Shown here piece after piece: positions 37,641 through 60,201 of a stretch of 64,000 bases of DNA. This stretch comes from Balanoglossus misakiensis (Eukaryota > Animalia > Hemichordata): contig CM082578.2 of NCBI GenBank assembly GCA_040954595.2, forward strand, positions 14,476,304-14,540,303, given 5' to 3'. The notes under the pieces are model-generated. The model searched no databases. It was not told where the DNA came from and saw only the letters and a list, made by a program, of their open reading frames with translations. The translations under genes and the position numbers were made by a program. How positions within the stretch are numbered: position 1 is the first letter of the stretch; each line of letters begins with the position of its first letter.

Positions 37641-40600
37641 GTAAGTTAATATTCGACACCTAAGATACCGGGTGACAATCTGTTACAGACGTTTTATAAG
37701 TGGAATTTGGGGGGGGGGGGGTGACAACACGTGAACGCTGATATAAAAAATTCGAACACAAAGGTCAGCGGGCCCACCAGCCAGCTGGCAGTTTGTCACA
37801 TGGAAGGCCATTGTCCCCTCAGCACATATCCAAATTATCGCGTTCGTAGTGGCGTTTAGAAAAACATAAATTTCAAGACAGCTTACAGTTTTTTTGGGGG
37901 GACATCGAAGCAGTTGTTTTAGTATGAAATCAGGGCGATCATAGTTCGGAAATTGTCAATTTACTACTAGTGGCCTTCAACTTTTGGTAATCAAGTAAGA
38001 GTCAAAATGGCACGCGTTGTAGGTGACCCTATGGAAATGATGTGTATTCCAAAGCCAGCCAGATGGCCTTAAAATTATAGCTGTTCGATAGTTGACAGCC
38101 GAATACTTGGCATCGTACCCACAGCTACCACATTTGGTCTGTAAGCGGCCTCCACATTCATCTCAGCAGCGTAATAAAGACGTATATACTTTCCAATATA
38201 CCGGTATGCTGAGTTTGAGTGTGACGTATGCAAGCTCTGCAAATGGAGGAAGCCAATTCGTCTTGCGTTTCCTGACACATGGTGACGTCATTGTTGGAGT
38301 TGTTGAAATCGAGGTCATCCGATATCACGTTTAATACTAGGCTTTTTCAAAAGCCGCGTTCATGGATTTTTTTTATTATTAAAGGCTGAATTCCATGAAT
38401 TACTTGTATTTTCGATATGCCATTCGGTCATTTCCATAAATCGATATGAAATACTGCCTTTCATTTTTGATGAAAATTTAACATATGATTCTATTGTTGA
38501 TGGTCCAAAATTTACAATGAAATGAATGGGAATTTTACTTGAGACCGGAACGTTTTGTATCCACATACTTGATAATGTTTTGACAGTTGTGCAAGGACAA
38601 CTTGCCCTAATTTTCCATTGTAGCACAATGTTCACAGCTAGCACTCCATGCATACTGTGAACATGCATGTTTTATTTTTACTGGCTGTTCGTGGTTACAT
38701 ATATTTTCAACATCAATGAAACCTAAGCACCTTCATACATGTAGGCTTCATTCGGGTGCTTATAATTATATATAACTCAGCAGTTCTAGTAATTGTGCTT
38801 TGCCCACAGATGAGAGTCAACAAAAAATTGAGATATTTTGATTGATTTAACTCGGAAGTTTTGATAATACCAAACATTGAATGATATAAACTAGCTGCAT
38901 GACCCCATAGAGGAACAAAGGGTTATCAGGTCAAGGATTTGACCTGCAACATTTGTGAATGAAATGCAGGTTGTTCAAGGGCCAACCATTTAATATCTTT
39001 TTGTCCCTTTTAACCTTGGAACAGTCCCAGGGTCTTGGATCTTTTGGTGTCACTAATTCTAACATTGTTGTACAACTGTTTGAAGAGTGAGCTGCCAAAG
39101 AAATTGGCCAATCAGAAGCAACGTTCTGAGACCATCTGGCATACATGCATGTACCTGTAGATTTCTGAGAATTGTATGATTTTTGTTGTTGTTGATGTTT
39201 ATTGATAGACACATATTTAATTGTACCACACATACATCCATGGTTGTAACCTTCAGTTCTAGTTTAGTAGTACACTGTAGTAGAATAAGGCTTACAGTGA
39301 CTTCAATAAACATATTCATTGTGTTGACCAGAACAATCATCATCCCTCCCAGCAAGTGTCTTCAGTGGGAACATTTTCTCATGGGATTGTACCCCAGAAC
39401 ACAAAACAAAAATCTACATTTTGTACTTCCTTTTGTCTGGCGTACAAAGTAATCAACATTATTTCTACAATAAAAATAGCCCAAAGAATGAGGTGATAAC
39501 ACTGGTTACTGGTTTGGTTTTGTATGCATTGCATATAATTTGCATGTGTGAAAAAAAACACCACAAGGGACATTTTAGTTAGACACATTATACATGCCAA
39601 TTGGAGGCAAAATCCCTTGGCTGTAGATATCATTTACTGCGATCATGAAGTTCATGGCATCAGAGAAAATTTCTGGTTTGGTATGAATTATTTTCCTAAT
39701 GCAATGCAAGCAAGAGGGGCCATATCTGGTTAATGTACACCTGTTCAAAGAGAGCCCAGGATTGCATCTCCGAGGTAGCGGAGACTGTTTTAAACAGATT
39801 TGTATTCCAGTGATAGCTTTTGAAATGTCAAATGATGGCTGTTCTAATAAGAAATATAGGTCATATCGATTGTGATATTTTCTTCAATATCCCATATGCC
39901 TCACTATTTTGATTCTGTCAAATCTACCCTTTTTGGTACAAACACGGGACTTGAATATGATTTGTACAGTTGCGAAGCAAGTGGAGAGATATGTAAATAA
40001 AACCAGTGACTCAATGTCACTATGCACTTGGAGACAGCTCGGGGTAGTAAAAGGTGACAGAGCGAGAGGTCACTCAATGGAAGTCATTGACCAAAATCTT
40101 GGTCACAGCCCATTTAAATGTATATCAAGGTATATCAACACCAGGCAGGCGATTTTCTGGTAGGACCAGGAAAATGTACAATGAAGTGAGATTTCTCGTT
40201 ACCAACTCTTTGTTGTGTGTTAACGTTGTCAGCCATGGCGGTCAAGTGCCCCAACAAAAGACATAGTTACACGCAATATTATTCAGTGCTGAGTCACAAT
40301 ATGCAACACTGGGTAAAACCCTCTGTCAACCCAAACCATTACAGTGTAGTTTCACTAGCGCTTTGTTCTCCACTGTGCATTGTGGGTACAATTTAGCTTA
40401 CCCGGCCTGTGACTGTGTGTGTGAGAGTGTGTGTTTTACGTGAATCTATACACACATTCAGTATTTTTGTATCGGTTCCCAGACGTTGTGAGCATCGCCT
40501 GTACATTTGTAGGTAAATTCAGACAAAATACAAAAACTGACCTAAATCTGCAAGGTCGTGGCACAATTATTTCCAAGGACCAATTACCTTGAACTTTAAT

Positions 40601-43600
40601 AGCAAGAAATACACACAGGTCAACCATTTATGTCAGCTAGTCGGGCTTATGTGATCTACACTTTAATGCAAATCTCAAACATGTAATTTAAACTCGACAG
40701 CATGTGCTGAACACAAGTCTTGTGAGCGATCACTAATTTTTGACTGCTCTGTGATATTCATTTTACATGTAAACTGAGAAATGATATTGACTCAAGCAGC
40801 TTGTTATATTGGATATTTAAATAAATGGAGATGGCTTACAATTGTAATAAAAAGCAGGCAAAGTTGTTTGGCTTAGAGAAAGTACATCAAAATGTGATTT
40901 ATCTACAAAAGTTCAGTATGGATGCTTCCTGCAGCCTGTGCTCTGTTGTCTGCATGGCTTAAAGTTAGCTGGTATATGCAATAATGTCACTCTCCCTAAC
41001 CAAAAACCTGCTTGTGAAAACCTGTGTGAATTAATCTTTAATATTTTGCAAAACAATCAGAATAAGCATTTCAAATACAATTTATAAGTTTGCTCTATTT
41101 TGTTTTCATTTCATATACAATGAAATGTATTGAAATTTCCTTTTAACATTATCCCTGACATTGTGATGTAGATGTACTTGGCCTGCCATGGTTGAACTCA
41201 CATGAGTGATTGAAGATAGATTCGGGCACTTTAGTGAAATTAATAGATGTTGACATGTATGGCGGAATAGGAAACATTATTTTCTGGAGAAAATAATCCA
41301 GGGAAGTTTCAATGAGACTCGGTGATGTTATAGCCTTAAAATAGGATATTGCTATGTTTTATATTGCATTAAAATTCTGATTTCAGAGATATTTAATACG
41401 CCACTGCTATGATGGTACCTCCCTGTGTAATACTTACATTATATATCATCTATTTTTATCTGACCTTCAGATACATTAAATGACAAGATGGCTATATTTC
41501 AAGAATTCACTGGACAAATATTTTCTAGCACCAGTATTTGCAACTAGTAATATAATTTTTTATCTTTGATGTTTAACTTTTCTCTGTTCATGTAAAACTT
41601 CTGCCCAGGTTTGGTCAGTTGAAAAATCAATATTTTTGTTCACAATATTTTGGTGTATTTCACTTTAAAAATCTCCCTAGCCATCACATAGTGCAGGAAA
41701 ATGTGAAATTGGATGTATGATCTTCTGCAAAATTATCGCAAGTTTACAAACCCTTCCACTTGATAAGCAGACTTGCCATTTGTAACAGAGAAATGTTTTA
41801 AAGCTTCCAAAATAATATGTCGACAATGCAAAGTTTAGAAATACATGAGACTGGATGACTTCTTTTTTTACTGTAGTGGCCCCAGAAATGTAAGCTAAGT
41901 TAAATAACATTATTGAAGATACATGTACAGGCATACCTTCAACTTTGCTGAATGATACCACATTCGCTGTCAGTATAGACATACATGCAATTTTTCTGAA
42001 CTCTGAAGTGATGTAAATTATTCCAATTCAGAAGAATTTTCAGAATTTAAATTTACCATGACAAAAAGCCAATAGTTTGGCAGTGGTGGTTTCTTTGCAT
42101 TTGCAGTATAATAATGCATTAGGATTCAGTTAATTCCTGGAGGTACCCCCATGGTTAATTAAACCAGTTCTCATAGATTTTATAAGCATTTACTTTTGGT
42201 CAAGATTATACAGTCTGGTTTTCTATTCAAAGAGGCCAGCCACACATCCAGACTATGCATGTAATGATTGAATGCACCACAAAGTGAGTTACTGAAATTA
42301 TCTTATTTTGTGAGGTCCATTGGTTTTTCTTTCACACTGGCCCATATCCATGTTTAATGGACTTGACCCAGAGTTTGCCCTAGATGGCAGCCATTGACAA
42401 CTCAGCATTTCCTTCCTAGTAACCATACAACATCACATTACAAACATGCTTCCGATCACAAGCATGTTAGTTTTTTGTGTAGAATTAGTTCACGACTGCA
42501 TTCTCCATCAAGTCAATAAAGCCCTCAATCATTAAAGTAATATGTCTCATCATCTTCTTTATGCCATATTTGTGAAGTCTCTGCCAAACGTGAAGAACTG
42601 TAGGATATCTCAAAATACAGAAATGAAGAACCCACAAATATTTTGAGCAATGTAACAAATTGTAAATAGAAATCGTCTTTTGAATTCTGAAGTTCTTCTG
42701 TTTGCACCAGCTGATCTTTGCTATGGTTGAAAGGCCTTCCAGCTCCATGGTTAAACCCAAGTTCTGACAAATGCCGTGAGATGATATTGTACATGTAGAT
42801 GATTTGATCCCTTGCCATGCCATCCATCTGAACTTTGGAACGGAACAACATTCCATTCAATTCCTGAAAGGCGAAGTATTTCCTGGGCCAATTGCTCAGT
42901 GACTGCCATTACCAACTGGGGCAAGGACCGGACATACATCTACAACACAGTGATTGTCTGATTCAGAATCTTGTCCGGACAAGGACACCACCCCTCATTG
43001 AATAAGGGCTAAATGTCCGGACAGTGGCCAGACAACAATTGTCCACACCTGTGTTTTGGTATGGTTGGACATAATGGGAATACCAGTGGACTGTATCATA
43101 TTTTGTTAAATGTATTTTTTTAGTCATAAACTTTCTGTATATATATTTGGAGGATTATTCAGGATTTTTGTTGTTTTATTTGTGTACCGGGTACTTCATT
43201 TTTATGCTAATGTAACTTTTGTGGAGTGACCCTGCTTCTGTGCTTCAATACTGTCCGGTCTTTGTTTCCTAATTAAGATTTTTATAGAGTCTCCTTGGCT
43301 AGCTTTGTGAGGCTAATACGACCTTTATAGTAGCACAGGCCCCACTGCAGGTTAGTGTAGCTAGGGACAGGATAGTGGATCATTGGCTACAACTGTGTAC
43401 ACAATTTTCAGGTACATGCACATACAAAATATAACTAGCATACAGCGTTTTCCACCCACCTGAAAATTTTTTACAAACATTTTGACAGACATGTCAGATA
43501 TGAGACTGTCTTAGTATGTCTAGTTTATGGATTTGATTGCTTCGGGAGAAAGTTCTGTCCAAAGCCCCACCTGGCTGTTTCTGTTTTCAATCAAGAACTT

Positions 43601-46227
43601 TTCCTGAGTGTACCATGTTGTCTCTCATCTGTTTTCACCCATCTCATATTCGCAGTAATTGTGATCATTTTGCCCTAAAGCACCACACCTTCACAATTTT
43701 CCATTTCCTTTAATCATGCTGTGAAAGTGAAAAATTATCAGAGGTAAATTTTGTATTTGTGTGGTTTGTGTTTGGTGAAAATGAATTCAAGTGACTGAAC
43801 TATAGACACATTTTGTTCTATTTGGAAAAAATAACACTTAGTTGTACATTGTACATGTACCTATTGATAAAGAAAAATTTGCCAATGGCTTTTTTCACCT
43901 ACAGCTGTGGCTTTTGCTGGCTTACTGGCCATTGTCCACATCTGAGTGAACAGAAAGTTACTTTTGCCTCTACATGTAGTATAATGCCCAAACACATCAT
44001 TGTCTTTCCTAAATCCTCTTTATTATGCACAGAAAACAACTTTCACGTAACAGACAAACATATCCATATGGTACAAATGATTTTGCGGGATACTTAATTT
44101 TCACAGTAAATATTTTCACAACTTTTACACATCAAATTTTATGATAATAACAGCCTTGCTTATGAATATGAATACATTTTATCATTTCACAATTAGCGTG
44201 TTTTCAACGGTATTTGTAGAGTGTGCCATTAATATCTGAGACTTATTTGTGGTAAACTAGTGCATAAAATGTCACATTTAGATTAACCTTTACTCTGACT
44301 GATCTAGAAATTTGAAATATGTGCATGAATTTTCCGATCAAAGGATGAAAAAGATTACAATAGAGCAATGATAATCCCAAACTACATTGAATTCAAAAAC
44401 AATCTCGTCTGTGATTGAAATTTTAACTTGAATGTTAATTCTTCCATATGAATAGATTTTCTTTATTAAAATGCAAATTAGCTTAGTGGAACTTCGCCAT
44501 GATTTAAGTTTGTGACCTCCCACTCCTGCAAAAGCTGTGAATAGGAACTGTATATTGGAAAGATGTATTATAGAGCAGTGTGTGACATTTTGAAAGATAT
44601 TACTGGTAAGTTTGTTCTTGGAAATTTTGAATCAGTCTGTCAAATCCAATGCTCTGCTCTGCTAATTGAAGTAAAAGTATTTTTAGTTGGATGGAGTTTT
44701 GCATATTAAAAGGCTGTACAATTGTATTGGAATTTTGGAAATTACATGTACTGGTATGTATGGTGGAAATCTGAGGTGTACACTGTATGTACCGTAGTTT
44801 CATTTGCGGATCAAGATGGCCAATATCTGTAACAGAGTTTTTGTGTTGTGTTTCTACATGTACCGTACAAGTTCTTGCCCTTTTCCCTGAAGTATCCCAT
44901 AATACTCAGTTGTCTGCTGATCAATAAGCCATGCATATGTATAGCGACAAATGCATTCAAGTCCAGACTGGAATACAATTTTTTGACAATAATCATTTTA
45001 ATATGCACGCACGTGTAAAGTTGAGAAGAAAAATACTAGCACCAGCCATCTTGCCTAGGTTTTAGGGCACAATTTCATCAAGTTCAAGTTGAATTGTGGG
45101 AATAATTTAATGTGATAACTAATGCCGAAACCACAAATTAATGGCACATTTTCATGACTGAGTAAATTGCTTCACCCCTCTTCTCTTTTAAAAATAGTAA
45201 TTATAGCCATGCACCCAGTGCCGACTGAAATAGCAGACAACTGATATACCGTGATGGTAGGTGAGCATATTGATCATTCTCCAGATGGTTATCAAAATAG
45301 CAACACTACCAGTGGTATATACCAACACTGTTAAAAGTTTACTGTTGCATAAAACATATGTCACCTTCTCACATACTGTCAGCAACCTTCAGCGCTATAT
45401 TATGGCGACTGTCGGGAAAAGTTTGTATTATACTGAAAGTGCACCAGCTAACATATAATCCAATTGTACAGCTGTGGCATGTGTCCAGTCTGTTTGTGGC
45501 TTGTAAAACAAATATAACATTTATATCAGCTGTGATGTCAAGAGATGAAATCTGCAATAGTAATATTATTATGGTATTCATGTGAGTTGTAAATTTTTAT
45601 TTTTTTCCCCATGCTTATTGAACCCCTGGGGCAGTTTTGTACTGGATTATAAGAGGAGTTGAGAATTCATTTCCTCTTTTACTGAAATCATAATTGCTAA
45701 ATCTAGTCACAATTGCTGTCTTTATTTTTGGAAAAAATTCCTGACATATTCAACCTGTGGACAGTTTGTCCTATCAATACAACATGTACCGTATACCAAC
45801 ATGAAGACAGTGATACAGTATTACATGATGCATACTTTTTTCATACAAAGTGCTGGGGGGGGGGGGGGTTACAGCAAAGAGGTGTGTAGAGAATATTCAG
45901 TTTGATTTGGTTATGTGAGTAAACCCAAGAGAACCATCTTTCAAGGAGTTTAGTACATCCATGAAAACATCATAATACAACGTACTCAGTTCAAAATGGG
46001 ATATTCCTGTGGAATCTTTTAATTTCCCCCCATGAAAGAGTGGTTTGACCCAGTATCTTTTGTCCAGAGGAAGATGCCTTGGTCTCTTGAATTTGATTGT
46101 CTGTCTGATAAGGGCAGAATCCTCTTCTTCATGATTAATAAAGTTACTCGGTGAAGGGTCACCTGAAGGTCAATAAAGCCAAGTCTGTTCACGCATTCCA
46201 ATGAAAGGAACGCATACGCGTCGAATG

Positions 46228-46530
46228 GTTACATGAAGGTTTTTGATTAATGAAATGAATTATGAAATATTTAACATTTTTAGTAGATATTTGTAATAAG
46301 CAAATGGGGAAAAAAGAGCAAAAATATGAGGCCGTATGCTGTCAGAAACAAATTTTTTCATGAAATGATGCTTCCAGGATGAAGTTATTCACTCAGTTAC
46401 ATGAAGGTTTTTGTGATTAATGAAAAAAATAATGAAATATTAACAAAAGTAAATATTTGTAATCCACAAATTGGAACAAAAGAGAAAAAATATGAGGTCA
46501 TATTGTTCAGAATATATTCTTTCAAAAGTA
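46228..46530. repeat. Diverged tandem duplication, period about 168 bp
   Basis: gttacatgaaggttttt..gattaatgaaa..atgaaatat..aaatatgagg..tcagaa occurs at 46228 and again at 46396. Confidence 0.7.
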
Positions 46531-48065
46531 TGACTTTTCATTTTATATCTCAGTGGCAGCATAAGGTACACGTATTAAGTTGTCTGAGTCATGAACCCCC
46601 ACTGCTGATTGTATCCATGAGAATAATAACGGTGAGGTAAATCAAAACGAACTAATATCTAATCGGTCATCACTAACCAATTGTTTACTGGGGGTACATT
46701 GTGGATCCTTAGGCTGTATTGGCATGGCAATTCAGGGCACGCCCATCTTGGTTGCCGGTTGCCGGCAAGTTACAAAGTTCACGTTGCACCGGCTTATCAG
46801 CCTACAGTCCTATTCAAGCTGTCCTAGCGATAATGATCACACGTTTTGCAGTTCCTGTGCTTCCAGATGTGTTGAGAGTTGATGACTCTTTATTGAATGC
46901 TGCCTGTTTTCTTGCGGTCAGAACTCAACCCTGTCCTATGTAGTTGTGGTGTTGCTGATTTCATCAAAAGCTGAGCTATAGTAACTTACTGACTGTCATC
47001 TTTTGGTAAGTTGCTTTAACACACTGAAAGGTGACGACTCTTATCAGTCACTGTGTCAGTGGTCATGCAGGTTGTCCAGTTTATGGTACATGTATTTTGT
47101 AATTGAAATATATACAAGATATACTTCATAGTCATACTAAGGCAGTACAGTTTTGGTCACAGCATACATACACTGTAGACAGAGGCCTGAGCAGAAACAT
47201 CCAGAAAACTTGGATTTCTTGCCATGTACCGTACCTCTCTGTTGGTCATTTGTTGAGAATCATGCACATGTACATGTAGATTGACTGCACCAAGGTATGT
47301 ACATTGTAATATGGTGGAATCATTTTTCCTGGGCTTTGGAGAAAATAAAAATTCAGATAGTGAGAAGTTTCTAGGGAAGTTCAGATAAGCATATGCACCT
47401 TTTTTAAAAATTATTTTCAAGAAGTCCCATCCTGTCTGTTCCCATCTTCTCATTTTATGGTGGAATGTCAGGTGGAACAATCATCCTCAATATGATCCAA
47501 TATTTCGCAGCAATTCATGAATGACCTCTGTCAATCATTTATTCATCAATATCTCCTTGACCAGGCAATGATATATGCATGTACATGTAATGTTACAACT
47601 TATCTTAGGCTACATATACACTGCCAGAAGTGTACATGCATGTACAGGTACAAAGTAGTACCTGTCCATATGACCAGATACTGCAGTATACACATTCCTC
47701 AGCTATTAAATTTCACACACTCTGCAACTCCTTGGCAAATATGAAACTTCCTGTCCCATAATGGGTGTCAACATCTGTGGTAATTAAACATCATTTGCAA
47801 AATATTGAATGATTACCGTAGCAACCCTCAAAATTAAATCATGATGTATTTTTAAATTAAAAGGAAATGCAGAAAGTGGTCAGTAAGGTGCTGGTTTGTG
47901 AAAAACATATTTGCCCTGTGAAGTACCAGCATGGATTACCAAAATTGCCGGTATATCCTCATTTTTTTGAGCTGGTCCAATATAGCATACATGTAGCAGA
48001 GTGTTCACAGTATCATTTAACCAAGGTACAGGTAACTACAGGCTCACTTCTCTTTCACTCAACAG

Positions 48066-48233
48066 ATATATGGCGGACCGACTCTGACAGTGGAACACTG
48101 CAATGGTAAAAACGCCATGGCCAAAAGTCAAAGTTCTGCCAGCGTCAAAGGAATTTTGAAAGTGCCAAGCAAAGTGATCACACAGCCAGATACTTCAGAT
48201 GAAGAGGAAGTCAAGCACCACATGGAAAAAGAG
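48066..48233 (+). CDS. Candidate symmetric (phase 0-0) internal N-terminal exon (B) of AHCYL, 56 aa
   Basis: Acceptor cttctctttcactcaacag, 168 nt open in frame (IYGGPTLTVEHCNGKNAMAKSQSSASVKGILKVPSKVITQPDTSDEEEVKHHMEKE), donor GAG|GTAAAG. It contains a strong Kozak ATG (gccATGg, 48117). Confidence 0.65.
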
Positions 48234-51012
48234 GTAAAGTGATTAACAAGCGAAATTCTCTTTTACCCTTTATCTGAGTATTGATATCTTTACCTTTCCT
48301 ATGCTTGTGTCGACTAGAATTTTCTTTCCACAAGTACTAGTCGTGGCCAAAATGCAAAGACTAAAATTCTTCCAAATTCATAGTGACCTGTTATTTTTTC
48401 TGAAGCTATTCTTGGTTACTAAATTCTCCCACTTTGTCTTTTCCCTATGCATGGTACCATATGGTACCTTCATTGAACCATATTGTTGTTGGCATCACTG
48501 AGTCATGCAGTTTTACACCATCCAACATATCAGTGCAAATGGAAATTCCAAAGGCTGCTCACCAGTAGTTTTTGAAAGAGAAAAGTTCTCATTACTAGAA
48601 AAACTCTGATACCGTTGTCAAATTACATTTTCATGAACCTTAACATTTATTAAAATAGTGCATGAACAAAATTAACTTTGAAATTTAATGAGGCTAGTCC
48701 TATGTGGAATAAGAACTGATGAAGCACATGGCGACTGAATTTGCCACCAACCGCAGTGCAAATCAAATATTCATGAATATGTTAGGACTGAACCTTGCTA
48801 ATTTAATTGCCTGTATTTGCCTAAGTGCATCGTGTATAGCATCTAGCTCAGCATATCAGACAGTTGGATCTACTGTGTCCTTTCTAAAGTTGGATCTGCT
48901 GTGTCGATCCTTTCTAACCTGGACTAGAGCAATTAAACCATGTGCATGTATGTGGCTCTCGTACCCAGACATCTCTCATATTGTAGTTGGCACACATCAA
49001 CAGTCTACAAATCTACATGTATGGATGCCAATTGTGCCGTTTACACTGGCAAAATTCAACTAGGACCCGACCTGTGATAGTCCAGGCTAGATAGTCCTCT
49101 GTGGGGCAAAGATTTTGTTTGTGTCCGCACTTGCATGTAACGTACTTCATCATATGGAGTCGTTGCAGATATGCAAATAAAAAAATTGACGAATTATGGT
49201 GACAGTCCCAGTGTTTCATGTCTGCAGCACTCAGAGAGTGAAATACTAGTACATGTATGCAGGTAGCTACATGTAGATGATAGCGCTGTCCATAGATGGA
49301 TCATGTCCTCCATAGTTTGTGACCACATGCTCATTGGCCTCAGAGGGCTAAGCAACAGCTTCGTCATCATTACAGCTTGTCAGCATGTAACCACAGATGT
49401 TCTTTGCTTTTACATTTATGCTAATCGGTGTCAATTAATTAGTTCATACTTGCCAGTTGTGTACTTTGCATTTGTGTATTTTGGTGAAGAATGCACCAAG
49501 AAAGGAAATAAAAAAAATTCAGCCAGAATCACAACTGTGAGACATCTCAGACAGGTCAGACAACCTCAAGAATTCTCTCATTATTTGCATGTAGCATTCA
49601 GATCAGCTTTTCAGCTGCTAATTGGGTTTGAGTGGCTGCCAAGAACAGCAATCCATGTTGTTATGGCTGGTGCAGAACTCACAACATATATATTCCACTG
49701 ACTGAGCAAAATCACTTTCTGTAGAAACAAAAGATGAAAGGATTAACTACTAGTATCATGGTAAATTGAAAAAAGCAACCTTTAGAAGTACACCTGGTTA
49801 CTGGGTGTCCTTGCTACTTTTAACATTACAATTATGAAGATGGTAATTTTTACTCCTATTCGAAATTGACTCTGCTGATTGTACCAGTGTTATCTTTAAC
49901 ACACAGATGGATAATAATATCAGTTTCTTAAGTTTTACCTAGATGTTATACTCTAGAGGTTTTAGAGAAATTTTAATTGACACCGAAGATCCACATTACA
50001 TTATAGACTACACAGGTTTTCATCTTGCATGAAACTGCATGCATGAAATTTTATTTTCTGCTTCTTCAACAGTGCATGCAACAATCTAGGGTACAAATTA
50101 AAACTTGACTGTGTGAAATAAAAAGTAGCTATTACAGTAAAAATAATTCTTAAGAATTCACACAATCTCTTGGAAAGCACAAGATAACCGAAAACATGAG
50201 CATTGCAGATAAAAAACACAACCGACCTGCTTTTTGTCATGGCGGTTGAGTTTGTGGCCTTGCTTAGTACCTGCTGAAGCCAGTTCCTAAAGATGTCCTT
50301 GGCCCTGTTTTGTTGCGTTGAGTATAGTAAACAGTGGTGACTGAACTACAGTGGCCGCGTGGCTCAATTCCCCAGGTTGTTTACCCGTCAAAATTTGTGA
50401 CCTCATTTTCGTCACCGCGTGACATGTCACATAATTTAGGACATTCTTATTTCATGTGCAAGTGCGTGGTGAAATGTTGTTTTTTCGCATGTGTATGAAC
50501 AAGTTGGCAGTTATTTTGTGCATCATTTATTTGATCATTACCATACCCTGTGTAAGACTACACATACAATGTACCAACTTCGGGTCTTGGCCAGGCAATG
50601 GATTTGAATACTAGAAATTAACTTCAGAGAATGATCGATGAAATATCTTTTATCTTTATAATGACATCAGCCAGCACATAACAGTCAAAAATGTGTAGTC
50701 TGCCTATTAGTAAGAATTTAGACATTGAATACTACCAACTGAGCACAGCCACAACTTTGTTTTAAGGAGTATTCACAGCTCATTGGTCCGTCAAGAATTC
50801 TCTGTGCACATTCCATACGAAGCTGAGCCTGGACAGCTGAAAGACAAGAATCTTGGATGTTAAATCCTGTTGATGAGCTGTAAAGGGTTGAAAATTCCCT
50901 TGTGAAGGTTCAGTGACTCAGCAAGGCCTGTGGTCAGACAGTAACAATCTGGATCCTGGTTACAAGAGGCTATTCAGTGCTTTCATGGCCAACTGACGCA
51001 GCACAATATTAA

Positions 51013-51069
51013 ATGTCTGATACATTGTCGATATGCCGCCATGGTTACAACTCTTATAGAGTCGCAAAG
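51013..51069 (+). CDS. Weak candidate alternative first exon (D) of AHCYL: MSDTLSICRHGYNSYRVAK
   Basis: 19 codons from an ATG to a phase-0 donor AAG|GTATTC, ending in Lys like the other candidates. The donor is only moderate. Confidence 0.3.
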
Positions 51070-52784
51070 GTATTCATATTTTCACTGTCAGTCTGCATAC
51101 CTGAGACTGATTATGTTTAATTGAAAGGCCCGTAATTTTCCATCAACTCATAAATATTTTCAATGGAATGCACAGGACAAACACATACAGCATCAATAGA
51201 CAACATCAAAAAGAGCAAGTCCCAGGACCAGCTAATATACATGTATAACCGTATTAAGCAAATAGACACCAGTGACTTCAAAGGCTTCATTCAGTGCTAC
51301 TTTCATCATGAGCTTGATAGAATTACTAGTCTAGACTCGATACAGTTCAATACCTGTGTCCCCACTTAAAATTGTTTACATCGTTGTATTGTATCAAGTA
51401 AATGTGTTTGGATATACATGAGTAACCTCCAAAATTTGATTAATATTTGACAGTTACATTTTCACATATTTAAGTTTTGTTCAGTGCTGTCTTGAGTAAT
51501 CTACTGCATCAACTAGCTCTCATCTGGGGTGTGTATGGGCCTCATGCAAATGCTGTGATGTCAATAAATTATCTCAGCCACAATTCTTTTGCATTGAAAA
51601 AAATAATTGTAGTAGTTTTCACATGTAGACAAATGGAAAAAGCATTAAGAGAAAGAAAAAAATGACAGGTTGAGAATTTTTTTGAAAAGCCGAAATACAC
51701 AGCATGGGATTGCGCTCTCATACCAAATGACCTTCTCTGTACCAAATGACCTTGACTAGTTTGATTCTGTAACAGCGTGACCCACTAAATAAATTTACTG
51801 ACTCTTTCATTGCCTGAACATTTAGGGGAACTTATAGGTCAACCCCTGTGCTAATAGTGTGTTGTAGTTGGGTTTTGGAACAGGAAATAAAGTTCAATAT
51901 GTCAATAGGGCGGCATTATCAGACAAGACTTGGGGGAATTGATTTAGTACATTGACATTTCTAGAAGAACTCAACAATGACCGTGCAGAAAACAAAAATC
52001 AATGCATTGGAAAAATCCAGCAAGGGGGGCAAGTCATATCTGTGTATTTATAAGTCTTGTTGCAGTTTGGAATAGTGGACATTTGTTAGGCTTAAAATGC
52101 CTAAATATTGTGACAAAAAATCACTTTATTATGTCAATATGACTCACTTAATTGAGGTTGCAGGGCTAGTAATTATAATGTATATGATTTCCTGTGAAAT
52201 GTGATAATAATATCAGTATTGTATAAACTTTACCAGCAATATACAAATCATATCTCAGATACAAGTAATGTGAAAAAAAAACAACTTTTGTTTTGTGTGG
52301 AAAATAGGGGCAATATTGAGAAAGTTCAGAGTTAATATTATCTCTGCATGAATTTTTAATGTTAATTTAAACAAAATATGAGAATCTTTTTTAACTTTGA
52401 TTGTTGAGGAAGACAAACTACCTAATAATGCTAAAACCGGCATTTGGAAGTACATTTGTACAATTTTGTTTGTACGAAAAGCGAAACATTCGTGATGCTG
52501 CCCTCTACAGCTGATATTTGGTTTGCCGGTAGAACCTCTATGTTGCCAAACAAAAGAATCGTCTCGTGATACAGAAACATTGTGCGTCATAAAACGTGAC
52601 ACATAAATATATTTAGCATTTAGAAAAACAAGTATTGTGTTGGGAAAATCACACCGTGCAACACGGATTTTAAGTATTTGAGAGATCGTTGGGTTATTCC
52701 AGTTTACATCTCGCATGCGTACTTTGACAAGGTGACATTTGTACAATAAGTTAGGTAGTAGAAATCCGGGCAATTCTATTCAAG

Positions 52785-60201
<7,417 letters not shown>

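Noticed and set aside
42485-43053. Overlapping minus-strand ORFs next to tgtccggac palindromic motifs, suggesting a decayed transposase or hAT end
   Set aside because: No recognisable DDE, zinc-finger or RT motif, and no matching second terminus or TSD found.
38000-52773. Many 60-170 aa ORFs in the long AHCYL 5' introns
   Set aside because: They lack domain motifs, often start at non-ATG codons, have composition typical of AT-rich non-coding DNA, and have no consistent splice structure.
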